Below are positions 10,221 through 20,555 of a stretch of DNA of 64,000 nucleotides, one piece after another. Below the pieces are notes generated by a model. It was given only the letters and a program-made list of their open reading frames with translations. It was not told the origin of the DNA and did not search any database. Source of the DNA: Chloroflexota bacterium (GTDB taxonomy: Bacteria > Chloroflexota > Limnocylindria > Limnocylindrales > CSP1-4); contig JAJYNJ010000077.1 in the NCBI GenBank assembly GCA_021786385.1, forward strand, positions 12,329-76,328, written 5' to 3'. The position numbers and the translations under genes were made by a program. Position 1 is the stretch's first letter. Each line of letters starts with the position of its first letter.

Positions 10221-10261
10221 GGGCGTGAGTCTCTTGCGGTGCGCTGCGCGAATCAAGCGGG

Positions 10262-10302
10262 TTATCCACCAACCGCGGGCCCGACACGCAAGATGTGGAC
10301 AA
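10262..10302. promoter_or_regulatory. Pair of DnaA-box-like 9-mers in opposite orientation
   Basis: TTATCCACC (10262-10270) and TGTGGACAA (10294-10302), each one mismatch from TTATCCACA. Confidence 0.5.
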
Positions 10303-10377
10303 CCGGCGCTGCTCCCCGGCGACGGCGGCGTGCTATGTGGAGATCTGACCGCATCCTTGAGGGCCGCCGGGTCGGGT

Positions 10378-11799
10378 TCAGCCTGTGGTCGCCAGGACGG
10401 CTTCCGCCCGGCACAGCTCGTCATGCAGCGCGGCCGCCACCGTCGCTGGGTCGGTCGTGTCCAGGCCGGGCAGCGCCACGATGAAGACGGACCCGCGGCC
10501 CGGCGCGGACGCGACGTCGAGCTCGCCCCTCATGCGCCGCGCGAGGTCGCGGGCGATCGGCAGGCCCAGCCCGGTGCCCACCACGCGCTCCGCCCCGGTG
10601 GCGCGATGGAACGGTTCGAAGATCAGCGCCCGGTCCTCCGGCGCGATCCCTGGCCCGTGATCGCGCACGGTGTACACGGCGACCGGGCCGTCGAAGCGAA
10701 GCGCCAGGGTCACGCGGCTGGCGGGCGGCGAGAACTTGATCGCGTTGCCCAGCAGGTTCACGAGGATCTGCTGGACGCGCTGCCGATCGGCGTGGATCAT
10801 CCGCAGCCGCGACGGGAGGTTCGCCTCGAGGTCGATCCCCCGTTCCATCGCCAGTGGCGTGACGTCGCGCAAGGCAGCCTGCGCGGCCTCGGTCCCCGAG
10901 AAGGGCGCCGGGGCAAGGCGGAGCTGGCCGGCGTCCAGCCTGCTCAACTCGAGCAGATCCGCGACGAGCGTCGACATGCCCGCGACGAGGTCGCGCGCGC
11001 GGCCGAGGAACTCCACCTCCTGGGCGGCTCCGCCCCGCGGCGTGTCGGCAGCCCCGTCGAGTCGAGTGCCGGTGGCCCCGTGGAGCGCCCGCGAGGCGGT
11101 CGTATCGGGCGGCCGGTCCGGCCCTCGGGCGGCCGCGACGAGGTCGAGGTAACCGCCGAGCGAGGCGAGCGGCGTCCGCAGCTCGTGCGCGACGACGCTC
11201 ACGAAGCGCTGCCGCTCGGCGTCGGCGCGTCGCAGGTCGGCGAGCTCGGCCGCCTCGTCACGCTGACGCAGGAGCGTGGCGGCCATGGCGGCTGCGGGGC
11301 GTGCCAGCGACGCAGGGAAGCGGCGCTCGAGCGCCGCGGCACCGCCAGCGGAACGGAAGGCGCAGCCGATCGCCACCCGCGCGCGGCCCGGCGGCACGAT
11401 CAGGCGGCGGTGCGGTGCCGGAGGCTGGGCGGGCACCGCCCGAGCGATGCTGGGCGCGACGGCCACGAACGAGGCGGACAGATCCGTGCGGTTCCGGGCC
11501 GGGCGCGGTGCGCGCGCGTCGAGCCAGGTCGCCAGGTCGGAGGCTCCGTTGGTGGCGTCCGCTCGGCCGTGGACGACCACCGTGCGTCGCTGGCGGCGGT
11601 CGACCGCGACGGCGACCTCGGCCGCTCCCGCGGTGCGCGCGATCAGTGTCAGCAGGCCGGCCAGTCGTCCATCGGCGGAGGTGTCGCTCGTGGCGAGCCA
11701 GACCAGTCGGGCGAGGAAGCGGGGGTCGGGCGGCGCGGGTCGGGCCGTCTGGCCAACCGACCTGCGGGCGGGTGCAGGGTCGTGCCCCGCGTCTGCCAC
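10378..11799 (-). CDS. Sensor histidine kinase (HisKA + HATPase_c)
   Basis: VAHELRTPL H-box, NLLGNAIKFS, DHGPGI, GTGLGL. Start inferred. Confidence 0.9.
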   Translation of the reverse strand: MADAGHDPAPARRSVGQTARPAPPDPRFLARLVWLATSDTSADGRLAGLLTLIARTAGAAEVAVAVDRRQRRTVVVHGRADATNGASDLATWLDARAPRPARNRTDLSASFVAVAPSIARAVPAQPPAPHRRLIVPPGRARVAIGCAFRSAGGAAALERRFPASLARPAAAMAATLLRQRDEAAELADLRRADAERQRFVSVVAHELRTPLASLGGYLDLVAAARGPDRPPDTTASRALHGATGTRLDGAADTPRGGAAQEVEFLGRARDLVAGMSTLVADLLELSRLDAGQLRLAPAPFSGTEAAQAALRDVTPLAMERGIDLEANLPSRLRMIHADRQRVQQILVNLLGNAIKFSPPASRVTLALRFDGPVAVYTVRDHGPGIAPEDRALIFEPFHRATGAERVVGTGLGLPIARDLARRMRGELDVASAPGRGSVFIVALPGLDTTDPATVAAALHDELCRAEAVLATTG

Positions 11800-11804
11800 G
11801 CCGT

Positions 11805-12263
11805 CTACCCCTGGTCGGGGGTGGGACGTGTGCTGCGCACGGGGCGGCCGAGGGTCCGCCGCACCACGTCCATCACCTCTTCGGTGTAGGCGGCCGCGTC
11901 CCCCGTCTCGACGGCGGTCCGCAGGCAGCCCGAGACGTGGTCCTCGAGGACCAGCAGGGAGATCGCGTCGACCGCGGCCCGCAGCGCGGCCGTCTGCTGC
12001 AGGATGTCGATGCAGTACTCGTCGCGTTCGATCATCCGCGCGATGCCGCGCACTTGGCCTTCCATCCGGGAGAGCCTGCGCAAGAGTTGTTGCCGGTCTT
12101 TGTCGTAGCTGTGGCGGAAGTGCGGGCTGGCCGTCACCGGGGGCTGTGGCGCCGTCACCGCGGGCTGTGGCGCCGTCACCGCGGGCTGTGGCGCCGTCAC
12201 CGCCGCTGCCGGCTGTCGGTTGGTGGCCCCATCCGGCGCCCGTGCTTCCTGCTCCTTGATCAC
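11805..12263 (-). CDS. CsoR/RcnR metal-sensitive repressor
   Basis: RLSRMEGQVRGI..YCIDILQQ..EDHVSGC carries the C-H-C Cu ligand pattern. Confidence 0.9.
   Translation of the reverse strand: MIKEQEARAPDGATNRQPAAAVTAPQPAVTAPQPAVTAPQPPVTASPHFRHSYDKDRQQLLRRLSRMEGQVRGIARMIERDEYCIDILQQTAALRAAVDAISLLVLEDHVSGCLRTAVETGDAAAYTEEVMDVVRRTLGRPVRSTRPTPDQG
12130..12203. repeat. 21-bp tandem repeat (~3.5 copies) in the csoR N-terminus
   Basis: gccgtcaccgcgggctgtggc units, encoding AVTAPQP. Confidence 0.9.
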
Positions 12264-12434
12264 ATTGCCTCCGGGCCTCCGCCGCTCGGCCCGGTCGCCT
12301 CGGACGGGCCGGCCGCAGCGGTCGTCGCCGCCGGGCCGCAATCCCGACGGATACTCCCCGGGAGTGTACCAGCGCTGCGCGCCCTCGCATATCGCCTTGG
12401 CGCCGCGATCCGCCGGGACCGGGTAGACTTGGCC

Positions 12435-13016
12435 ATGATGCACGCCGATCGCGTGACCGAGCCGACGCCGTTCGCCCATGCCAGTGAGGCGGAGCTGGCG
12501 CGGATCCTGGACTACTACGGGATCGCCTGGCAGTACGAGCCGCGCGCCTTTCCCATCCTCTGGAACCTCGACGGCTCCGTGGTCGAGAGCTTCACGCCCG
12601 ACTTCTACCTGCCCGAGCTGGACCTGTACGTCGAGCTCACGACGCTCAAGCAGAGCCTCGTGCGGAAGAAGAACCGCAAGCTGCGACGGCTGCGCGAGCT
12701 GTACCCCGACGTGCAGATCAAGCTCTTCTATGCGCGCGACTTCCGGGCGCTGATGCTGAAGTACGGGCGGATCGGTCTGGTCGACTCGCTGAGCGGGACC
12801 GAGGGGCAGTCGACTCCGCCGCGTCGTGCGGGCGCGGGTGACGGCTCGGCGGGTCCTGGCGACCCGGCGCGATCGGCAGCAAATCCGCCAGGCGACCGCG
12901 GCGCGCTGCCGGCCCCGGAGCCGGGACGGGATGCGGTGCCGGTCGGGACGGCCTCCCGCAGCCGCCGGCGAGCGGCCCGGCGCGCCCGGGCCGCGCAGTC
13001 CGCCCCTGTGTCATGA
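12435..13016 (+). CDS. Conserved hypothetical protein, PD-(D/E)XK-like fold
   Basis: SEAELARILDYYGIAWQYEP..FTPDFYLPELDLYVELTT; strong coding codon usage. Confidence 0.75.
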   Translation: MMHADRVTEPTPFAHASEAELARILDYYGIAWQYEPRAFPILWNLDGSVVESFTPDFYLPELDLYVELTTLKQSLVRKKNRKLRRLRELYPDVQIKLFYARDFRALMLKYGRIGLVDSLSGTEGQSTPPRRAGAGDGSAGPGDPARSAANPPGDRGALPAPEPGRDAVPVGTASRSRRRAARRARAAQSAPVS

Positions 13017-13131
13017 TCCGGCAACCATGACCACGCGGCACGCAGCGTCATCCCCGCGGGGCTCCTCGTGCCGGGCTCGCCGTCCGCTCTGGGGACCTCG
13101 CCGCCGCTCGTTCCGGGGGACCTGAGCCTCG

Positions 13132-13688
<557 letters not shown>

Positions 13689-13692
<4 letters not shown>

Positions 13693-14105
13693 ACCGTCGC
13701 ACGCTCGGTCGCGGCCGACTGATCGTCGGCGTGGGGGCCACCCTTACGCTGGTCGCCTGCCTCTTCCCGTGGGGGCAGACGGCGGGGATCGGGTTGCCGC
13801 CGGAGCGGACGGGTGCGTTCGACGGCTTCGGCATCCTCGTCTTCGTGGCTGCCATTGGGTTGCTGGCGCTGATCGCGCTCCCCTACGCCGCGGGCGATCA
13901 GCCACTGGCGCTCGACCGTCCGCTCGCGTTCTGGCTCATCGGCGCAGTCGGCATCATCGGTTTCCTGTTGAAGCTCGGCCAGATCCTGGGCGACGGGCTG
14001 CTCGCGCTCCCGGACCGCGCGATGGGGCTCTGGCTCGCCGGGATTGGGCTCGCGATCGTGGTGTGGGGGCTGGCGGAGATGCTCGCGGAGCGGCCGCGCG
14101 CCTGA
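13689..14105 (+). CDS. Hypothetical 4-TM membrane protein
   Basis: GTGA overlap with the hpt stop; four hydrophobic segments. Confidence 0.75.
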
Positions 14106-14249
14106 GGCACGGCCGCCAGCGCAGCCCCCACCGATGCGTGGCGCGACGAGCAACGCACGGCACCGCTGATCCAGCACGACCCAGCGGTGTTCGCTTGGCT
14201 CGCCGTTGTCGACCACGCGGGATGGAGAGGGCGTCGGGCACGGGCCCGT

Positions 14250-15050
14250 TCAGGGCGTCGGCGCCTCGAGGTCGAGCCCGAACCATGAATCGTGGGCCGC
14301 TGCGACGCCACTCTGTACCTGAAGCACGTAGCGGCCCACTGGCCACGCGGCCCGTCTCGTTGCCGAGGGCACGAGGGCACCGTCCGCCGACCCGAAGGTA
14401 CGCAGCGCGGCGACGGGTACGTAGACGGTGCCGGATGCGGCTCGGGTGTGGGTGGCTTGCCAGAGGACGGCCGCCCATCCCCCGTGCGAGCCACGATCGA
14501 CGGGCGCGCAGAACCCGAGCGCGGTCACCCGGCTGGCCACGAGACGCACGAGTTGCACTCTGGGATCGCCCGGGCCCGCGGCAGCGCGGGCCGCCACCGG
14601 GATCCAGACGCGCGACTTGATGCCTGCAGCCTCCTCATCCGCCACCACCCGCCAGCCATCCGGCGCGTAGCAGATGGGCATGCCGCCCTCCTCGACCAGG
14701 ACGGCCGCGCCGGGGGTCGTGCAACAGGGATCGGCCCGGGCCAGACGGTTCACCGTCGCACGGATCGCCAATGGGTCGCCGGCAGCGCCGTCGGCCAGGG
14801 TCGGGACGACCGACGCCTGGCGGGCGCCGGGATCGCCGCTCGACTGCACCCCTCGGACCGCTGCGGCAGCTGCGGAGCCGCTCGCGGGTCCGACAATCGG
14901 GGCCCCGACGCTCGGCCGGGTCGCTGGACCGGCCCATGGCTTGGCAATCGCGGCAACGACGAGGACGACCGCGACGGTGATGCTGACCGCCGTCCGTCGA
15001 TTGCTTCCGCCGACCCGTACGAGCGGGACCGGCGCGTCGGGACGCTCCAC
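14250..15050 (-). CDS. Hypothetical membrane-anchored/exported protein
   Basis: One TM segment (VSITVAVVLVVAAIAKPW), a P/A/S linker and a Cys-containing domain. Start inferred. Confidence 0.6.
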   Translation of the reverse strand: MERPDAPVPLVRVGGSNRRTAVSITVAVVLVVAAIAKPWAGPATRPSVGAPIVGPASGSAAAAAVRGVQSSGDPGARQASVVPTLADGAAGDPLAIRATVNRLARADPCCTTPGAAVLVEEGGMPICYAPDGWRVVADEEAAGIKSRVWIPVAARAAAGPGDPRVQLVRLVASRVTALGFCAPVDRGSHGGWAAVLWQATHTRAASGTVYVPVAALRTFGSADGALVPSATRRAAWPVGRYVLQVQSGVAAAHDSWFGLDLEAPTP

Positions 15051-15115
15051 ACTCGGCCTCAGTGCCAGGGGTCCCGAGTCTACACCCCCGGCCTCGTGGC
15101 CAGCCTCGCGACGGA

Positions 15116-15883
15116 TCAGATCTCGCCCAAGTACGCCTTCCGCACCATCTCGTCCTGCCGCAGCGCCGCCGCCTCGCCGGCCAGCACGACGCGGCCGGTT
15201 TGGAGCACGTAGCCGCGGTGCGCGACGTTGAGCGCCTGCAACGCGTTCTGCTCCACGAGGAGGATCGTGGTCCCCTGGGCATTGATCTCGCGGATGATCG
15301 CGAAGATCTGCTGCACCAGGATCGGCGAGAGGCCCAGCGACGGCTCGTCGAGGAGGAGCACCTGCGGGCGGCACATCAGGGCACGCCCGATCGCCAGCAT
15401 TTGCTGCTCGCCACCCGACAGCGTGCCACCGTTCTGTCGGGCGCGCTCGCGCAGGCGCGGGAAGAGCGCGAAGACGCGCTCGACGTCTTGCGCCACCTCG
15501 CGGGGGCTGCGCGTGTAGCCGCCCATTTGGAGGTTCTCGAGCACGGTGAGACGCGAGAAGATGCGGCGGCCCTCGGGCGCCTGCCCGATGCCGGCGCGGA
15601 CCAGCTCGTGCGCGGGTACGTGCGAGACATCACGGCCGTCGAAGAGGACCTTGCCGTGACGGGGATGCAGCAGCCCGTTGATCGCCTTGAGCGTGGTGGT
15701 CTTGCCGGCCCCGTTCGCGCCGATCAGCGTCACGATCTCGTCGCGATGGACCTCGAGCGAGATGCCCTGCAGCGCGTGGATGTGGCCGTAATAGGTGTGG
15801 ACATCCTGTAGCTCGAGGAGGGGCTGGCCGTTGCGGGCCGCAGCGCCTGCGGCCGGCGGGGCCTGAACCGAGGTTTCGCTCAT
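15116..15883 (-). CDS. livF: Branched-chain amino acid ABC ATPase
   Basis: GANGAGKTT, LSGGEQQ, LDEPSLGL, AYLG. Confidence 0.95.
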   Translation of the reverse strand: MSETSVQAPPAAGAAARNGQPLLELQDVHTYYGHIHALQGISLEVHRDEIVTLIGANGAGKTTTLKAINGLLHPRHGKVLFDGRDVSHVPAHELVRAGIGQAPEGRRIFSRLTVLENLQMGGYTRSPREVAQDVERVFALFPRLRERARQNGGTLSGGEQQMLAIGRALMCRPQVLLLDEPSLGLSPILVQQIFAIIREINAQGTTILLVEQNALQALNVAHRGYVLQTGRVVLAGEAAALRQDEMVRKAYLGEI

Positions 15884-16977
15884 TCAGCCGGCGCTCCCAG
15901 GTACGCTTCGATGACCCGCGGGTCGCGGCGGACCTCGTCGGGCGTCCCCTCGGCGATCCGCTCGCCGTGGTCGAGGACGGTGACGCGGTCGCTGATCCCC
16001 ATCACCACGCGCATGTCATGCTCGATCAGCAGGATGGTCAGGCCCAGGTCGCGGCGCAGGCGCGCGATGAGGGCCGTCAGATCGGTCGTTTCGCGGGGGT
16101 TCATGCCCGCCGTCGGCTCGTCGAGAAGCAGCAGTGACGGTTCGCTCGCCAGGGCCCGGGCCAGCTCCAGGCGGCGCTGGTCGCCGTACGGGAGGTTGCG
16201 TGCCAGATCGTCCTCGCGGCCTGCCAGGCCGACCAGGGCGAGCAGTTCGGACGCCCGGCGCCGCGCGGCCTCTTCCTCCCGGCGGCTTCGGCCGGTGGCG
16301 AAGAGCGCGTCCAGCGGGCTGGCGCGGAGTCGTGTGTGCATGCCCACCAGCACATTCTCCAGGGCGGTCATGTTCTGGAAGAGCCGGATGTTCTGGAACG
16401 TGCGACCGAGCCCGATGCGGGCCATGTCGTTCGGCCGCGCGCTACGGAAGATGCCGGCCCAGCCCAGCAGCCGCTGGTACAGCTCCGACCGAATGACGGC
16501 CATCAGCATCATCGCGATCAGCAGGCCGAGCGCCACGATCCCCGTGAGGAGTCCGACGCGCTCGGACCCGACCGCGAACGCGTAGCCGAGGCCGATCACG
16601 GCGACGATGATCGCCGGGACGAACCAGAGCACGGGCTCCAACCAGCCGCGATGGGGCCGCGCGATCACACGCCGGCCCCGGAACTCGACGAAGCCGCTCG
16701 TCGGTTCGAAGATCCCGGCGACCACGTTGAAGAAGGTGGTCTTGCCGGCCCCGTTCGGCCCGATCAGGCTGACGATGCTGCCCTCTGGGATCTCGAAGTC
16801 GATCTCGCGGACCGCCACGAGACCGCCGAACTGCTTGGTGACACGGCTCGCCCGCAGCAGGACCCCGGAGCCGGCAGCCGTGCCGGCCGGCACGGAGCTC
16901 GACGGGGAGGCCGGCGCCTGCGGGGCCCCGGACTGCGGGGTCCCCGTCGGCGCGGCGCTCGTCTGCGGCCCGCTCAT
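15880..16977 (-). CDS. livG: Branched-chain amino acid ABC ATPase with hydrophobic insertion
   Basis: GPNGAGKTT, RTFQNIRLF, LPYGDQRRLE, LDEPTAGMN, IEHDM. Confidence 0.93.
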   Translation of the reverse strand: MSGPQTSAAPTGTPQSGAPQAPASPSSSVPAGTAAGSGVLLRASRVTKQFGGLVAVREIDFEIPEGSIVSLIGPNGAGKTTFFNVVAGIFEPTSGFVEFRGRRVIARPHRGWLEPVLWFVPAIIVAVIGLGYAFAVGSERVGLLTGIVALGLLIAMMLMAVIRSELYQRLLGWAGIFRSARPNDMARIGLGRTFQNIRLFQNMTALENVLVGMHTRLRASPLDALFATGRSRREEEAARRRASELLALVGLAGREDDLARNLPYGDQRRLELARALASEPSLLLLDEPTAGMNPRETTDLTALIARLRRDLGLTILLIEHDMRVVMGISDRVTVLDHGERIAEGTPDEVRRDPRVIEAYLGAPAE

Positions 16978-18122
16978 GGTGTCGATCCCTCGGCCGCCTC
17001 GGCCGCCACGGGCTCCTCCGGGAGCTCCTCGGCGGCATGCAGCTCGCGTCTACGTCTGACGCTCGGGAAGAGCCCCTCGGGTCGCAAGAGCATCATCGCC
17101 ACCAGCGCCAGGCCATAGAGCAGGTACTGGTACTGCAGGAAGTCGATCCCGGTCAGCCCGAACGAGGCGAAGAACGGGTTGAGCTGCTTGAGCAGGACGC
17201 TCTGGATGATGAACAGGAGGAAGGCGCCGACCCCGACGCCCCAGATGTTCCCCATCCCGCCCAGCACTACCATGGCGAGCACGGTGAAGGAGACGGTGAA
17301 GCCGAATTGGTCGGGGCTGACGAAGGTCAGCTTGGCGCTGTAGAAGGCGCCGGCGAGGCCTGCCGTGGAGGCCCCCAGGGCGAAGGCGAGCAGCTTGGTC
17401 GAGACCGGGTTCACGCCGTTGCTGGCCGCCGCGAGCTCGTCTTCGCGGATCGCCATCCAGGCGCGCCCGACGCGGGAATCCTGCAGGCGGTAGATGGCCA
17501 GGATCGCCAGCGTCAGGATCACCGCCATGGTCAGGTAGTACGGCCACGGGTCTGTGAAGGTGAAGTTGTAGCCCGCCAGCGACGGCTGGTAGACGCCGCT
17601 GATGCCGTTGGTGCCCTTCGTGTACTTGTCGGCGTTGAGAAAGACCGTGGGCACGATCTCGCCGAACCCGAGCGTCACGATCGCCAGGTAGTCGCCGCGC
17701 AGGCGCAGCGTCGGCGCGCCCAGCAGGAGCCCGAACGTTGCCGCGACGATGGCGCCGATCAGCAGCATGATCCAGAAGGGGAAGTCGTTCCCCGAGAACG
17801 GCGAGGCGCCGAACGCGTACGTATACGCGCCGATGGCGAAGAAGGCGGCGTAGCCGAGGTCGAGGAGCCCCGCCAGCCCGACCACGATGTTGAGGCCGAG
17901 CGCCAACAGGACGAAGACACCGGCGTTGGCGAAGCTGTCGACCCAGACGCCCTGCGAGTTGAAGCCGTTGAGCGGGGGCATGGCCGCCAGGAGCGGAAGC
18001 GCCGCGGTGACGACCGCCATCCCCAGGATCGCGGCGAGCGAGCGGTGCGCTTCGAGCAGGGCGCGCAGTGGGTTGGAGCGGCGCTCTCGTGCGCCCGAGG
18101 CGCGGCTCGCGGTGGCGCTCAC
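16974..18122 (-). CDS. livM: Branched-chain amino acid ABC permease
   Basis: GLLDLGYAAFFAIGAY, LRLRGDYLAIVTLGFGEI, RPEGL. Confidence 0.95.
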   Translation of the reverse strand: MSATASRASGARERRSNPLRALLEAHRSLAAILGMAVVTAALPLLAAMPPLNGFNSQGVWVDSFANAGVFVLLALGLNIVVGLAGLLDLGYAAFFAIGAYTYAFGASPFSGNDFPFWIMLLIGAIVAATFGLLLGAPTLRLRGDYLAIVTLGFGEIVPTVFLNADKYTKGTNGISGVYQPSLAGYNFTFTDPWPYYLTMAVILTLAILAIYRLQDSRVGRAWMAIREDELAAASNGVNPVSTKLLAFALGASTAGLAGAFYSAKLTFVSPDQFGFTVSFTVLAMVVLGGMGNIWGVGVGAFLLFIIQSVLLKQLNPFFASFGLTGIDFLQYQYLLYGLALVAMMLLRPEGLFPSVRRRRELHAAEELPEEPVAAEAAEGSTP

Positions 18123-19135
18123 GCCCGCTCCCCCAGCTGTTGGCCGAGCAGGCCGGTCGGGCGGAAGACGAGCACCAGGACGAGGACACCGAAGATCGCG
18201 ACCTCGGACCAGCGCGAGTAGCCGTACTGAGCGGCGGCGACCTGCAGGAAGCCGATGACGAAGCCGCCGAGCGCGGCGCCCGTGGTGTTGCCGATGCCGC
18301 CGAGGACGGCCGCCGTGAAGGCGAAGAGCCCAGCGTAGAAGCCCTGGTTGAAGACCGCGTAGCCGAAGTAGAGGACCCAGACGATGCCCGCCGCGCCCGC
18401 CAGGGCCGACCCGATGAAGAAGGTGAAGGCGATCGTCAGGTTGATGTCCACGCCCATCAGCTCGGCGGCCTCGCGGTCCTGCGCGGTCGAACGCATGGCG
18501 CGCCCCAGCCGCGTGCGGCCGACGAAGAGCTGCAGCGCGATCATGAGGGCGACGGCCACGGCCACGATGAAGACGTTCAGGTACCCGATCGAGGCGCCGG
18601 CCACATCGAAGCGTGCGTTCAGGGTGAAGATCTGCGGGGAGTTGACGGGGGAGGGCCCGAAGAAGGCCTGCATGATGTTCTGCAGGATGAACGAGACCCC
18701 GATCGCCGTGATCAGGGGCGCCAGGCGGGGCGCGTTCCGCAACGGGCGGTAGGCGAAGCGTTCGATGAAGATGCCCAGCGCGCCCAGGATCAACATCGTC
18801 ACCAGGAAGAGCCCCACCAGGACGACCGCGAGCAGGGCCGGGTTGTCGATCGAGCCGTGCAGGCCGAGCGGCCCGCTGAGGATCCAGAGGGCCACGAACG
18901 AGCCCACCATGAAGACATCGCCGTGGGCGAAGTTGATCAGCTCGATGATGCCGTAGACCATCGTGTAGCCGAGCGCGATCAGGGCATAGACCGCGCCGAT
19001 CGTCAGGAAGTTCGAGAACTGCTGCGGCCCGACGAGGGCGTAGGCGACGACCAGGCTGCCGGCGATCGCGGCGACGAACGGCAGCTGACTCCCGTCGAGG
19101 CGGGCGGGGAGCCGGATGGAACGTTGGGTCTGCAT
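18119..19135 (-). CDS. livH: Branched-chain amino acid ABC permease
   Basis: YALIALGYTMVYGII..NFAHG, AAVLGGIG, RPTGLLG. Confidence 0.95.
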   Translation of the reverse strand: MQTQRSIRLPARLDGSQLPFVAAIAGSLVVAYALVGPQQFSNFLTIGAVYALIALGYTMVYGIIELINFAHGDVFMVGSFVALWILSGPLGLHGSIDNPALLAVVLVGLFLVTMLILGALGIFIERFAYRPLRNAPRLAPLITAIGVSFILQNIMQAFFGPSPVNSPQIFTLNARFDVAGASIGYLNVFIVAVAVALMIALQLFVGRTRLGRAMRSTAQDREAAELMGVDINLTIAFTFFIGSALAGAAGIVWVLYFGYAVFNQGFYAGLFAFTAAVLGGIGNTTGAALGGFVIGFLQVAAAQYGYSRWSEVAIFGVLVLVLVFRPTGLLGQQLGERA

Positions 19136-19175
19136 GGGGATGCCGGTGAGTGGCTGTGTGGGCGGCCGGGAACAG

Positions 19176-19213
19176 ACAGGGGCCGGGGAGCGGTGACGCC
19201 TCCCGGCCCCTGT
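19176..19213 (-). terminator. GC-rich stem-loop between the binding-protein gene and livH
   Basis: ACAGGGGCCGGG...CCCGGCCCCTGT inverted repeat just after the SBP stop codon. Confidence 0.65.
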
Positions 19214-19223
19214 GCCCAGCGGC

Positions 19224-20555
19224 CTACTGGCTGCTCTGGCCGAAGTCCTGCTGTCGGACGAACACCCAGTCGCCTTTACCGCCGGCGGCCGTCATGTCCG
19301 TCTTGTAGAAGGAAATGATGTGCTGGCTCGTGTCGCCGTTCTGGTCGAACGAGATCGTGCCGAGCTGCGTGTTGAACTTGTGGGTGGGATCGGTCGCGTA
19401 GGCACGCACGGCCTCCCGCAGCGCGGTCGGGCTGGTCGCCGTGGCGGCCACTGCCTGGAGCGCCTGGAGGATCACTTGCGTGCACGCGTAGGCCGACGCG
19501 CTGTAGGCGCCCGGCGCGGCCCCGTAGGCCTTCTGGTAGGCCTGCGAGAACGCCTGGGCGTTGGGGATGTCGTGCGTGGCCGCGATCGTCCCGAAGGAGT
19601 TGGCGGCAGCAGCGCCCGCGACCGTGATGAACGAGCCCTCGACGCCGCCGGGCCCGTCGACGATGCCGTCTCCGCCGCCGAAGGCGAGGCTACCCATGCC
19701 GACCTGTGCCATCTGCTTGCGCAGGAGGCCACCGCCGGTCGCCGTGACGCCGCCGAAGTAGACCACGTCAGGGTTCTTGCTCTGCACGGCCGTCAGGAGC
19801 GGCGTGTAATCGGTGGTCGAGCTCGGCGCGCCATCGTGCTTGACGACGGTCCCGCCGAGCTTCTTGAACTGGGCCTCGAAGACGTCGGCCAGGCCCTTGC
19901 CGTAGGTCTCGGTGTCGTCGACGATGTACGCACGGCGCTTGCCGAGATCGTTGTACGCGAACTGCGCGCCCGCGAGACCCTGGATATCGTCCGTGGTCGC
20001 GACGCGGATGTAGTTGATCCGGTTCGGGAACGCCTTGCGAATGTCAAGGGCGCCGTACTGGGGCTTGGTGAGGCCGGGGTTCGTGTTGGCGGGGCTGCAT
20101 TGCAGCAGGCCGGCCTGGTTGGTGATCGGGATCTCGGCGGCCCCGACGTTCGAGTTGAACGGTCCCACGATGCCGATCACGGTCGGATCGGCCACCAGCG
20201 TCTGGACGTTCGTGGCGCCCTGCTGCGGGTTGTGGACGCCGTTGACCGCGTCGTCCTTGACGCTGAGCTTGATGGTATAGCCAGCGATGCCGCCGTTGGC
20301 GTTGGCCTGGTCGACCGCGAGCTGGATGCCCTTCTTGGTCGGGTCACCGTTGGCGAACTCACCACCCGAGAGCGGCAGGTCGACCCCGATGGTCACGTAC
20401 TTGCTGCCGGTGGCGGCCGATCCGGCCGGGGCCGCGCTGGCGGGTGCGGCGCTGCCGGCGGGCGCGGCGCTCGGCGCGGGGGTGGCCGCACTGCTGCACG
20501 CACCTGCCACGACGACGGCTGCGACGGCGATCGCGCCGATTCTCCTGGATTGCAT
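19224..20555 (-). CDS. Branched-chain amino acid ABC substrate-binding lipoprotein (LivK/LivJ-like)
   Basis: Lipobox VAGAC, IGVDLPLSG, VGPFNS, ISFDQNGD. Confidence 0.93.
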   Translation of the reverse strand: MQSRRIGAIAVAAVVVAGACSSAATPAPSAAPAGSAAPASAAPAGSAATGSKYVTIGVDLPLSGGEFANGDPTKKGIQLAVDQANANGGIAGYTIKLSVKDDAVNGVHNPQQGATNVQTLVADPTVIGIVGPFNSNVGAAEIPITNQAGLLQCSPANTNPGLTKPQYGALDIRKAFPNRINYIRVATTDDIQGLAGAQFAYNDLGKRRAYIVDDTETYGKGLADVFEAQFKKLGGTVVKHDGAPSSTTDYTPLLTAVQSKNPDVVYFGGVTATGGGLLRKQMAQVGMGSLAFGGGDGIVDGPGGVEGSFITVAGAAAANSFGTIAATHDIPNAQAFSQAYQKAYGAAPGAYSASAYACTQVILQALQAVAATATSPTALREAVRAYATDPTHKFNTQLGTISFDQNGDTSQHIISFYKTDMTAAGGKGDWVFVRQQDFGQSSQ

